From: Acidobacteriota bacterium
GTDB lineage: Bacteria; Acidobacteriota; Thermoanaerobaculia; UBA5066
DNA length: 64,000 nt
NCBI GenBank assembly: GCA_029567505.1
Contig: JAKPXO010000168.1
Coordinates: forward strand, 2,828 to 66,827
Reading direction: 5' to 3'
Shown: positions 1 through 9,595 of the stretch, one piece after another
How the letters are laid out: each line of letters begins with the position of its first letter
Numbering within the stretch: the first letter of the stretch is position 1
Made by a program: the position numbers and the translations under genes
The notes under the pieces: generated by a model
What the model saw: only the letters and a program-made list of their open reading frames with translations
Told to the model about the DNA's origin: nothing
The model's database searches: none

Positions 1-1
1 C

Positions 2-1392
<1,391 letters not shown>

Positions 1393-1396
<4 letters not shown>

Positions 1397-1650
1397 GCGC
1401 GCCCGTGCAGGTGACGCTCTCCCCGGAGGAGTGGAAGCTCGTCTCCTCCCTCCGCGCCATCCCCGAGAGCCCCCTGAAGGAGCGTCTCGACGCCCTCTTC
1501 GGAGAGGTCCTCAAGTTCGCCGTCGACCCGAAGTGCTCCGAGTCGCAGGCGGACGGCGTCCCCTGCACGAACACGAACATGGACTGCGACTCCTGTCGCA
1601 AGGTGACCGACCTGATCGACACCCTCCGGCGCCGCGTCTCCGCCGGCTAG
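1393..1650 (+). CDS. small hypothetical protein with a 4-Cys cluster, translationally coupled to korBC-like gene
   Basis: GTG at 1393 overlaps the upstream TGA (GTGA). Translation VSAPVQVTLSPEEWKLVSSLRAIPESPLKERL...CSESQADGVPCTNTNMDCDSC. GC3-rich codons in this frame. The upstream part of track ORF 142..1650 is out of frame with KorB and looks like junk. Confidence 0.45.
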
Positions 1651-1800
1651 CCTTCTCCGAGAGCCGCCTTTCCCGCCCGCCGGGGCGGCGAGGGGCCGGG
1701 ACCTCCCGGCTCCCTCCCGCAACGGCGGGCGGGTCCGTCTTCGGGCTCGTAGAATCGCCGCGTGGCAGATCAGCCCCTCGAGCCCGACTCCCCCGCCGCG

Positions 1801-1989
1801 CGGATGCGCCTCGCGCTCGAGCTCTCGGCCGTCGCCGACGCCATGCGCGCGCAGCGTTTCCGCCGGGAGCGCCCGAACGCGAGCGAGGACGAGATCGAGG
1901 CGCTCATGGAAGCGTGGAGGGGCGAGCGGCCCGGCGCCGAGCTCGGAGACTCCGCGGGCCGCCCCGTGCCGTGGCCCCGCCGCCGATGA
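1801..1989 (+). CDS. small helical hypothetical protein (possible antitoxin-like)
   Basis: Track ORF 1762..1989 (GTG start), with an internal ATG at 1801 giving MRLALELSAVADAMRAQRFRRERPNASEDEIEALMEAW. No recognisable RBS. A 24-aa ATGA-overlapping mini-ORF follows. Weak call. Confidence 0.25.
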   Translation, partial: RMRLALELSAVADAMRAQRFRRERPNASEDEIEALMEAWRGERPGAELGDSAGRPVPWPRRR

Positions 1990-2067
1990 GCCCGATCGAG
2001 GCGGCCCTCCGGGCAATTGCAGCGGAGCTGGATCGCGCCGTCGCCGACTTCGGTCCCTAGGGACCGG

Positions 2068-2304
2068 TCAAGCCGTCGGGACGTCGATCCCGCGGAGGAC
2101 GCTCGCCGGGACCCGCGCGATCTCGCGTCCCTCCTCGTCCCGAACGACGAGGCGACCGTCGACGTCCTCCTCCCGGATGCAGCCGAGGACGGAGAGGACG
2201 CCCTTGTCGGCCTCCTCGATCGTCAGGCCCGAGTGCCGCGCGATCCGCCGCGCCACGACGCGCCCGGCCTCCTCCCAGTCGGTGATCCGCCTCGATGGCG
2301 ACAT
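2068..2304 (-). CDS. hypothetical small protein, last gene of the MTase–hicBA string
   Basis: Track ORF of 78 aa (MSPSRRITDWEEAGRVVARRIARHSGLTIEEADKG...), co-directional with and 8 nt downstream of hicA. No family recognised. Confidence 0.4.
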   Translation of the reverse strand: MSPSRRITDWEEAGRVVARRIARHSGLTIEEADKGVLSVLGCIREEDVDGRLVVRDEEGREIARVPASVLRGIDVPTA

Positions 2305-2311
2305 CGCGGCC

Positions 2312-2518
2312 CTACCTCGAATCCCCCCGCCGGGACGGCGCCGGGACGCCGAGGTCCTTGCAGATCTTCAGACAGAGGACTTCGTTGACCTCGCGGTGCC
2401 GAGGAACCGTGGAGGCCTTCCTCTCGCGCGCGTTCACGAAGACGCTGTGTGCGCCCTCTTCACGCAGCAGGGTGCAGCCGTTGCGCTCCAGGTGGCGGAT
2501 CAGGTCGAGGCGTTTCAG
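2312..2518 (-). CDS. hicA: HicA-like mRNA interferase toxin (non-canonical start)
   Basis: Hand translation of the minus strand gives LKRLDLIRHLERNGCTLLREEGAHSVFVNARERKASTVPRHREVNEVLCLKICKDLGVPAPSRRGDSR*. This is a typical HicA (YcfA-like) fold signature. No ATG/GTG/TTG lies in frame upstream of the conserved N-terminus. The first sense codon is CTG, overlapping the hicB TGA (cTGAaa). It is absent from the ORF track. Confidence 0.6.
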   Translation of the reverse strand: MKRLDLIRHLERNGCTLLREEGAHSVFVNARERKASTVPRHREVNEVLCLKICKDLGVPAPSRRGDSR

Positions 2519-2736
2519 GCCGTGAGCCTCAGCGGCTCCCGAATGACGTCGCCGTCGCCGATCTCGATCTCGGACATCGCGCGGTTGGCCTCCAGCACGA
2601 GCGCGACCGCCTCCTCGAGGTTACGCCGTGCCTCCTCGAGCGTCGCACCCTGCGCGTTGGCCCCGGGCAGCTCCTCCACGAAGGCGATGAAGCCCTCCGG
2701 GACCTGGCGATAGACGGCGGTGAACGATACGGTCAT
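2515..2736 (-). CDS. hicB: HicB-family antitoxin
   Basis: MTVSFTAVYRQVPEGFIAFVEELPGANAQGATLEEARRNLEEAVALVLEA matches the HicB/UPF0150 N-terminal domain. An ATG follows the GTG of the track ORF. A GAGG motif lies 7 nt upstream. Confidence 0.7.
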   Translation of the reverse strand: MTVSFTAVYRQVPEGFIAFVEELPGANAQGATLEEARRNLEEAVALVLEANRAMSEIEIGDGDVIREPLRLTA

Positions 2737-2791
2737 CACGTGCCTCAGGCCGATTCTAGTCGGTCAGGCCGCGGCCTCTCGCGGCGCCCGG

Positions 2792-5700
2792 CTACGCGCG
2801 AGGCGCGGCGGCGGCCTGCCAGTGGCGGCCGTCGGAGGCGTCGAACGAGACGAGGAGACCAAGGGAGGCGAGGCTCTCGAGGACGGGCTCCACGTCCTTC
2901 GGCTTCGCCTTCGCGAAGGCCGAAGTCACGGCGGCGAGCGAGCGGGGGGACGGCGCGCGGGCCATCAGGTCGCGGACGGCGGCGATCCGCTCGGGGAGCG
3001 CCTTCGGCCACGGGAGCGGCGCGGCCGGCTTCGCGGCCGGCTCCTCCTCCTCGTCATCTCCGCCCGGAAGAGTCTCCTGCGTCGCCGCCTTCGCGCCGCC
3101 CGGGTTCTGGAACTCGGGGCGGAGCCAGCGGACGAGGCCGCGCCTCTCCTCCTCGGCTCGCTCGGCGTTCAGCGCGACGAGCCGCTCGAGGATCTCCTCG
3201 TCGGTCAGCGTCGACGGCCAGCCGTAGGCGTCGAAGACCGCCGCGTCGAGGTCGTCGTGGATCTGCTTCAGGACGGAGACGAGCCCTTGCTCGTGGATCA
3301 CCTTCTCCTTCGCCGTCAGCGCCTCCCCCGACCGGAGCTTCTCGAGGACGTTGTACATCCCGGTGATCGTGAGGCCGGGATGGAGAGCCTGCTGGCGCTT
3401 GCGGTGCGCGTCGAGGGCTTCGCCGAGGGAGCGGATGAGGGCGGTTTGGGCGGGGGTGGAAGGCGGGAAGGGGAAGAGCAAGAAGCATGGCCCGTTCTGA
3501 TAGCGGGGGTCATTGCCCGCGCCCATTCGCCCGCCTCTCCGAAATGCCCATGTTACATGGACGCGAGAAGAAAGGACGCCGAGGTGCCAGGCATCGTCCG
3601 TGGCGATCCCGGCCAAGGAACCATCAGCCAGGGTTCCCGGGAGTGGAAGGAACACGAACGCTCTGTGTTTTGCGACTTCGGAAGTGGCGATGAACCGTCG
3701 AAGCCCCTTCAACGCCCGCCGCAGCTTCGGCGCGTTCTCGCCGAACAACCACCAGTTTCGCCGCCTCGTATCCCGCTTGTTCTGATCCCTTTCGGGCTTC
3801 ACAAGGTGCAAGAGCCGCTGATAACCGGCAGCGAACTCATTTCGCGCTTGCGCCTCGTCCAACCCGTAGAAATCCACGACGTAACGAACGCCTTCGGTCT
3901 GCGTCAGATCCCGGCCGGCAACGTAGCGCGGAAGAAAGGCCTCGGCGCGATGATCAACGGCGATCAAGTTGTCGCGTTCATCAGAGGTCAGAAGGAACCC
4001 GTCGCCCACGAGTTTGCAGCCCTGAAGGCACAGGTCTTGGTTCGCGACGAGCGCCCGAGTGCCGGAAACCGACGGTCCGGTCGTCAGGTCCGCGTGAATC
4101 GTGCCCTTCCGCGATCTGAAATCGACTCGACTTGAACCGTCATCCAGCTGCTCCTCATCGATGAGCGAGAGGAGGATGCCGGCGCCGGAGGATTGGGAGA
4201 GAACCGTCATCGCGACCCGAACCGCGGCCCCATCCGTCGAATCGACCCACGGGTGATCTGGTACCGCGAAGGCGAGATGGCATGCCGACGAAGCCACGAG
4301 GTGTCGCTGAACCACGCGTCGGTTGAACGTCTGCGTGATGCTGTTCGTCGTGATCAGGCCGAACCGCGTCAGCCTTTCTGCCCGCACCAGCGACGCCGCA
4401 TGGTTCCACCAGTACATGACGAGGTCCGCCGTCTCCGGCACGTCGTCGTGCGCGCGCCTCAGCGCCTCGACGTAGCCGTCCCCCAGCGCCGTCCGCATCC
4501 GCTTGTTCCCCACGAACGGCGGATTCCCCACCACGAACTCCGCCTCCGGCCATTCCGCCTTCCGCGGGTTCACGTACCTTTCCACCACCACCCGCGCGGT
4601 CTCGTCGGGGATCGGCTCCCCCGTCACCGGGCTCGGTTTCGTCGTCTCGCCGTCCCAGCGGGTGACGGGCTTCCCCGCCGCGTCCGTCTCCGGCTCGACG
4701 CGGTCCCAGGCGAGGACGGCGTCGCGGCACTCGATGTTCCCGTAGTCGCGGAGGACGGGCTCGTCGGGGGCGGTGTCGCCGTGGGTCCGGAAGTGCCACT
4801 GGAGCCAGCCGATCCAGAGGACGAGCTCGGCGATCTCCTTGGCCCAGCGCTTCACCTCGATTCCGAGGAGCTGGCGGGGCGTGACGCTGACGCCGTGGAG
4901 GTCGAGGAAGCCGCTCGCCCCGGTCTCGGGGCGCAGGTCGCGGAGGAGCCTCACGACCTCGGCCTCCAGCCGCTTGAAGAGGTCGAGCGTCACGTAGAGG
5001 AAGTTGCCGGTGCCGCAGGCGGGGTCGAGGACGCGCGTCGCGCAGAGCTTCTCGTGGAAGGCGCGGACGGCCCTCTCGGCCTCGGCGATCTTCGTCTCCG
5101 AGCCCTCCTCGACGAGGGTCCTCACGAGCGTCCGCACGACGTCCCACTCGGCGCGGAGCGGCTCCTCGACGGTCGCCCTCACGAGCCGCTCGACGTAGGC
5201 GCGCGGCGTGAAGTGGGCGCCGAGGGCGTGGCGCTCCTTCGGGTCGAGGGCCCTTTCGAGGAGCGTCCCGAAGATGGAGGGCTCGACGTTCTTCCAGTCG
5301 CAGCGGGCCGCCTCGTGAAGCATCTCGAGCTGGCGGCGCGTGAGGGCGAGGGCCTGCGGCGCCGCGAAGAGGCCGCCGTTGAAGCGGAGGAGCTCCCCCT
5401 CGAAGCCGAACGACCCGCCCCGGTTCATCGTCGTCCAGAGCGCCTGGACGTCGGGCGCGAACGTCTCCGGGTGCGGGATCCAGCGCTCGTAGAGGGTCCT
5501 CGTGAAGAGGCGGTTCGGGAGGAGGCCGACGTCCTCGGCGAACATCGTGAAGATGGCCCGCATCAGGAACGTCGCGACCGCCTCCGGGGAATGCCCCGCC
5601 TCGGCCAGCTCCTTCGAGAGGCCGGCGAGGTGCGCCGCGACCTCGCGCGTGACGGCGGTCGTCCGCCGGAGCGGGTCGAGGGAGAGCGGCTCCTCCCAGA

Positions 5701-6214
5701 CGGCGTGGAGCGTCGGGAGGAGCTCCTCGAGGTCGGCGAAGAAGGTGCGGTTCGCGAGGGCGTTCGGGAACGGGTGGTAGACGCGCGAGCCGTCGAAGGA
5801 GGCGTAGAGGTCGACGCAGTGGCCGATGTCGACGACGAGGAGGAACGGGGGCGGGGCGTCGAGCGTCTCGACGTAGCGCTTCGCCTGCCCGAGGGCGTCG
5901 GACATCATCCCGTGCCAGGCGTTCGTTCCGCGCCGCGTCCGGCCCGTCCGGGTCGCGTTCGAGCCCTGCTTGGCCTCGAGCAGGAAGCGTCCGTGCCGGT
6001 AGAGGTCGATCTTCCCGATCGTCGGCCTGCCGGCCGCGTGAAGGAGGACGGCCGGCTTCTCGTAGACGTAGAGGTCCTTCTCCGCGTCGCCCGTCGCCGG
6101 GTCGGGACGGGGCACGCCGAGGAGGTCGCAGAGGTCGTTCAGGAACGGGTCTTTGTTGGCCCGTTCTCCCCCCTCGTTCCCGAGCCAGCGGGCCTGGAAG
6201 GCGGCGATGTCCAT
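2792..6214 (-). CDS. MmeI-family single-chain restriction–modification enzyme (nuclease + N6-adenine MTase + TRD)
   Basis: 1140 aa. The N-terminus carries a PD-(D/E)xK-like motif (IDLYRHGRFLLEAKQG). An AdoMet motif I (VLDPACGTGNFL) and catalytic motif IV (NPPF) are present. A long C-terminal target-recognition region follows. The overall architecture matches MmeI/Type IIL enzymes. Confidence 0.8.
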   Translation of the reverse strand: MDIAAFQARWLGNEGGERANKDPFLNDLCDLLGVPRPDPATGDAEKDLYVYEKPAVLLHAAGRPTIGKIDLYRHGRFLLEAKQGSNATRTGRTRRGTNAWHGMMSDALGQAKRYVETLDAPPPFLLVVDIGHCVDLYASFDGSRVYHPFPNALANRTFFADLEELLPTLHAVWEEPLSLDPLRRTTAVTREVAAHLAGLSKELAEAGHSPEAVATFLMRAIFTMFAEDVGLLPNRLFTRTLYERWIPHPETFAPDVQALWTTMNRGGSFGFEGELLRFNGGLFAAPQALALTRRQLEMLHEAARCDWKNVEPSIFGTLLERALDPKERHALGAHFTPRAYVERLVRATVEEPLRAEWDVVRTLVRTLVEEGSETKIAEAERAVRAFHEKLCATRVLDPACGTGNFLYVTLDLFKRLEAEVVRLLRDLRPETGASGFLDLHGVSVTPRQLLGIEVKRWAKEIAELVLWIGWLQWHFRTHGDTAPDEPVLRDYGNIECRDAVLAWDRVEPETDAAGKPVTRWDGETTKPSPVTGEPIPDETARVVVERYVNPRKAEWPEAEFVVGNPPFVGNKRMRTALGDGYVEALRRAHDDVPETADLVMYWWNHAASLVRAERLTRFGLITTNSITQTFNRRVVQRHLVASSACHLAFAVPDHPWVDSTDGAAVRVAMTVLSQSSGAGILLSLIDEEQLDDGSSRVDFRSRKGTIHADLTTGPSVSGTRALVANQDLCLQGCKLVGDGFLLTSDERDNLIAVDHRAEAFLPRYVAGRDLTQTEGVRYVVDFYGLDEAQARNEFAAGYQRLLHLVKPERDQNKRDTRRRNWWLFGENAPKLRRALKGLRRFIATSEVAKHRAFVFLPLPGTLADGSLAGIATDDAWHLGVLSSRVHVTWAFRRGGRMGAGNDPRYQNGPCFLLFPFPPSTPAQTALIRSLGEALDAHRKRQQALHPGLTITGMYNVLEKLRSGEALTAKEKVIHEQGLVSVLKQIHDDLDAAVFDAYGWPSTLTDEEILERLVALNAERAEEERRGLVRWLRPEFQNPGGAKAATQETLPGGDDEEEEPAAKPAAPLPWPKALPERIAAVRDLMARAPSPRSLAAVTSAFAKAKPKDVEPVLESLASLGLLVSFDASDGRHWQAAAAPRA

Positions 6215-6301
6215 GAAGGGCGCGGAGGCGCGGGGGGAGGTTAGCAGAGGGGCGCCGGCCGGCGCCCCGCAAAGCCACGTCCCGGGGGACGGTCTCGACG
6301 C

Positions 6302-7201
6302 CTACATTCCCATACCGGAGCCCGATCCCATCCCCAGGCCCGAGTTCATCATGCTCCCCATCACGACGTAGCCGTCGTTCGTCAGGTTGTCGTTCACGAC
6401 GGCGTAGGCCATGACCATCCCGCCCGCGCCGCGGTCGAGGCGGACCCGGAGCTGCAGGCCGGCACCGCCCGACGGGAAGCGCGAGGCGACGCCAGCGAGG
6501 ACGTCGTCCACCTGCGTCGACGAGTAGCCGGCGATCCGGAAGGGCCAGCTCTTCGGTCCCGCTCCGGCGGGAGCGCTGCCGTCGGCGTCGACGACGTCCA
6601 GCGTCCCGGTCACGGCCGTCGCGGTCGTGTTCACGACGGTGGCGTTCACGCGGGCGCCGGGCTGAGGCAGGAGGCCGAGCATGACCATCTCGAACTGGCG
6701 GTCGTCCCAGGTGCCCGCCATCGGCATCGCCGTGAGCGACATGCGCTGGGGCATCCCCATGAACGCGAGACCGTACGCTCCGGCCCCCGATTGGTTGTAG
6801 ACGCGGGCCACCGCGGCGATCGGGACCGTGGCGCTGATCCGGAGGTTCCCGAACGCTTTCGTCAGGCCGAGCTGCGCGGAGAGGAGGTCCGGGAGGAAGG
6901 TCACGGGCTGCGAGAGCGCCACAGTGGCCGTCACGGCCGGATCGGCGGTGGCGGCGTTCGCCGGGTGGAACGCGATCGTCGCCGTGCCGGTGCCGCTCGC
7001 GCGGATCCAGAGGTCGGTGACGAAGAAGGCGCCGTTCTTCCCGTCGCCTCGGACTCCGGCCGGGACGATGAGGGATTCGGAGCCATTCGACATCATGTCG
7101 CCGGGGCCGTTCCACATCCCACCTCCGCCCATCTGCGCGAGGGCGGGGGACGTGAGCAGCGTCAGGACGAGGAGGCTGGCCGGGCCGAGCGCCTTCTTCA
7201 T
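6302..7201 (-). CDS. secreted hypothetical protein with Met/Gly-rich termini (possible Cu-binding)
   Basis: Signal peptide MKKALGPASLLVLTLLTSPALA. Met-rich N-terminal region (MGGGGMWNGPGDMMSNG) and C-terminal tail (MGSMMNSGLGMGSGSGMGM). Its ATG overlaps the stop of the cytochrome c gene (ATGA). Confidence 0.6.
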   Translation of the reverse strand: MKKALGPASLLVLTLLTSPALAQMGGGGMWNGPGDMMSNGSESLIVPAGVRGDGKNGAFFVTDLWIRASGTGTATIAFHPANAATADPAVTATVALSQPVTFLPDLLSAQLGLTKAFGNLRISATVPIAAVARVYNQSGAGAYGLAFMGMPQRMSLTAMPMAGTWDDRQFEMVMLGLLPQPGARVNATVVNTTATAVTGTLDVVDADGSAPAGAGPKSWPFRIAGYSSTQVDDVLAGVASRFPSGGAGLQLRVRLDRGAGGMVMAYAVVNDNLTNDGYVVMGSMMNSGLGMGSGSGMGM

Positions 7202-7815
7202 TTCATTCTCCTTTCAGGCGAGGACAGAGCCGTCGAGCCGGAGCCGGCGAGGAACGCCTCGATCTGGCGGGCCTTCTCGAACTCGGCGGGGCTCTTCGGG
7301 TTCAGCGCTTCCATCTCCGCGAGCTCCGAGGGCGTCAGCCCGGGAAGGTGGCGGATGAAGTGAACGAGCTCCCACGTGCCGACGTCTTCCTTGGGCGTCC
7401 CGTCGCCCCAGGCGGGCATGCCGGTGAGGCGGATTCCGTTCCGGATGATCGAGAAGAGCTCTCCGTCGGTGAGGCGCTGGGTCTCGCCGCCGCGCATGTC
7501 GGGCGCGCGCGGATAGAGGCGCTGGCCGATCGGCGTCCGGCCGCTCCCGTCGTTTCCGTGGCAGCCGGCGCAGTGGTCGGCGAAGTGGCGGCGCGCCCGG
7601 GTGAGCACCTCGGGGCTCGCGGCGACGGGGTTCGGAACACGGCGTATCGCCTCCGGGGTCGCCCACCGCCGGAAAGCCCGAGCCACGACCTCCTCGGCCC
7701 CGGACGGCTCGTCTCGCGCGCTGAAGCCGCGACGGACGGCGGCGGCGAGCGTGTATCCGCCCCACACGGCAGCGAGGGCCGCCGCGACCAGGAGGACTCG
7801 TGTCGTCCGCCTCAC
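7198..7815 (-). CDS. class I c-type cytochrome (one CxxCH)
   Basis: N-terminal membrane anchor or signal peptide. A single haem motif CAGCHG is followed by a Met ligand region (GMPAWG). Confidence 0.7.
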   Translation of the reverse strand: MRRTTRVLLVAAALAAVWGGYTLAAAVRRGFSARDEPSGAEEVVARAFRRWATPEAIRRVPNPVAASPEVLTRARRHFADHCAGCHGNDGSGRTPIGQRLYPRAPDMRGGETQRLTDGELFSIIRNGIRLTGMPAWGDGTPKEDVGTWELVHFIRHLPGLTPSELAEMEALNPKSPAEFEKARQIEAFLAGSGSTALSSPERRMK

Positions 7816-7843
7816 GGGTCCCCTCCCGCCGTCCGCCTCGTCA

Positions 7844-8263
7844 TCACGCCTTCTTCTTCTCGAGGTGCATGCCGCACTTCGGGCACTTGCCCGGGCCCGC
7901 GCTCTTCACTTCCGGGTGCATCGGGCAGGTCCAGACGACCTCCTCCGACGCTCCCATCCGGACCACCTTCGCTTCGAGCCCCGCCTTCCCGTGGGCGACC
8001 TCGACGGCCACGCGCAGCCCGGCCTTCAGGTCGGTCCTCTTCGCCTCCGTCGTCCCACGGAAGTAGGTGGTCGCGGAGGTGAGCGTGACCGACACCGTCT
8101 TCCCGTCCGGGTCGGCGACGTCGAGGCGATTCCCCTCGATGTGCGCCACCGTGCCGAGGATCGGCTCCATCCCGTGAGCGTGGCCGTCGTGCGCCGTGGC
8201 GAGACCCGGCGCGACGCCGAGCGTGAGAGCGAGGGCCGTGAGGGCAAGGGTCCTTCCGCGCAT
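7844..8263 (-). CDS. periplasmic protein with C-terminal heavy-metal-binding domain (CPMHPE...CPKCGM)
   Basis: Signal peptide, then the C-terminal motif CPMHPEVKSAGPGKCPKCGMHL. The same motif is found at the N-terminus of the CusB/CzcB adaptor encoded downstream. Confidence 0.7.
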   Translation of the reverse strand: MRGRTLALTALALTLGVAPGLATAHDGHAHGMEPILGTVAHIEGNRLDVADPDGKTVSVTLTSATTYFRGTTEAKRTDLKAGLRVAVEVAHGKAGLEAKVVRMGASEEVVWTCPMHPEVKSAGPGKCPKCGMHLEKKKA

Positions 8264-8417
8264 GTCGAATCCTCCTGTCGAGGGGCGTCGGCCGCCGGCG
8301 GCGCCCGCGGCCCCTCTCGTGGCCGGAAAAATACGGCTCCGACCTTAGAGAGCGATTAGAGCGGCCCGAAGCACCGTCTCTCATCGGTTTCCAAGGTTCG
8401 CCTCCCATCCTCGGGCC

Positions 8418-8927
8418 ATGTGCACGGCGACCCGTCCGGATGCTCTGCTCCTGGTCGAGGACGACGTCTCGCTCGCCATCTGTGTCGCGGAGTTCCTGTC
8501 GAGACGCGGACACGACGTCGAGCTCGCTTTCGATCTCGCCTCCGCGTCGTGCGCCCTCGCTCGGCGGGCCTGGCCGGCCGTCGTCACCGACGTCGACCTC
8601 TCGGGCCCGAGTGGCGCGGAAGGCCTGGAGGTCGTGACGGCTGCGGCGGCGCTGCGGCCGCGCCCCGCGATCGTCGTCTGGAGCGGGTGCGTGAGCGAGC
8701 GCCTCCGGCGCGAGGCGCTCCGGCTCGGCGCGGACGCCGTCCTGGAGAAGGGGAGCCTGTGGGAGCTCGAGGCGGAGTTCGCTCGTCAGCTCGCGAGACG
8801 GCAGCCGACCGGGGCGGTTGATGGAGCGGACCGGATGCGGGACCGACCCGCCGCGGAAGGAGGCAGCGAACGCGGGAGACCGGAACGCCCGGCGGAGGCG
8901 GCCACGGTGGGGGGAGGCGCGCGGTGA
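8418..8927 (+). CDS. stand-alone response-regulator receiver (REC) protein
   Basis: LLVEDD acidic pocket, a phospho-acceptor Asp in VVTDVDL, and a conserved Lys (LEKG). No output domain. The stop overlaps the next start (GTGA). Confidence 0.7.
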   Translation: MCTATRPDALLLVEDDVSLAICVAEFLSRRGHDVELAFDLASASCALARRAWPAVVTDVDLSGPSGAEGLEVVTAAAALRPRPAIVVWSGCVSERLRREALRLGADAVLEKGSLWELEAEFARQLARRQPTGAVDGADRMRDRPAAEGGSERGRPERPAEAATVGGGAR

Positions 8928-9595
8928 GCGCGACCGAGCCGTTCGTCCCGGCGCTGAGGTTCCATGCCCTCACCGGTCTCTACGACCCCCTGATGTCTTT
9001 TCTCGTGAACGAGGCGACGCTCCGGCGCCGCACGTTGAGCCTCCTCCGGCCGGAGCCCGGAGAGAGGGTCCTCGACCTGGGGTGCGGCACGGGCTCCCTC
9101 ACGGTCCGGCTCAAGCAGGAGTTCCCGCGGGTCGAAGTGGTCGGTTGCGACGTGGACCCGGGAGCGCTCGGTCTGGCCCGGCGGAAGGCCGCCGAGGCCG
9201 GGGTCTCGATACGGTGGTGCCTCGGGCCCGCCCACGACCCGCCGCTCCCGGACCGATCGGTGGATCTCGTCACCTCGACGCTGCTCTTCCACCACCTCCG
9301 GCCGGACGGCAAGCGCGCTGCGCTGGCCGCCGCCCTGAGGCTGCTCGAGCCGGGCGGACGGCTCGTCGTCGTCGACTTCACGAGGCCATCGGGTTTCCTT
9401 CGTCGGATCGCCTTCTCCGGAGTCCGGCTCCTCGACGGTCTCGAGGTCACGGCGGACCACGCGGCGGGGCGGTTCGCGGAGATCGTGGAGTCCGCCGGGT
9501 TCGAACGCGTGACGGAGGCCGATCGCCTCGACACGCCCGTCGGCACGATCTCCTTCCTCACCGCGGCCCGCCGCCGCGAGGGTCGCGGCGGATGA
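8924..9595 (+). CDS. class I SAM-dependent methyltransferase (Methyltransf_11/25-like)
   Basis: Motif I VLDLGCGTG and the LLEPGGRLVV motif. It is coupled at both ends by 4-nt overlaps. Confidence 0.75.
   Translation: MSATEPFVPALRFHALTGLYDPLMSFLVNEATLRRRTLSLLRPEPGERVLDLGCGTGSLTVRLKQEFPRVEVVGCDVDPGALGLARRKAAEAGVSIRWCLGPAHDPPLPDRSVDLVTSTLLFHHLRPDGKRAALAAALRLLEPGGRLVVVDFTRPSGFLRRIAFSGVRLLDGLEVTADHAAGRFAEIVESAGFERVTEADRLDTPVGTISFLTAARRREGRGG

Noticed and set aside
1672-1733. 11-bp inverted repeat CCCGCCCGCCG...CGGCGGGCGGG with a nested GC hairpin after the small Cys ORF
   Set aside because: The 40-nt loop and lack of a clear U-tract make terminator assignment unconvincing. GC-rich palindromes are frequent in this genome.
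1986-2060. 24-aa ATGA-overlapping mini-ORF (MSPIEAALRAIAAELDRAVADFGP)
   Set aside because: Too short, with no RBS. It could equally be the frameshifted continuation of the preceding weak ORF. Not reported as a feature.
2792-6214. Possibility that the large methyltransferase is BREX PglX
   Set aside because: No brxA, brxB, brxC, pglZ or brxL homologues nearby. Motif IV is NPPF and an N-terminal nuclease-like motif is present, as in MmeI-type enzymes. The MmeI-family call is preferred.
4155-7115. 986-aa minus-strand ORF, with 2720..4135 + and 4193..6244 +, overlapping the MmeI-like gene
   Set aside because: Arg/Gly/Pro-rich, low-complexity translations. They lie antisense or out of frame to a gene with clear motifs. 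These are typical high-GC shadow ORFs.
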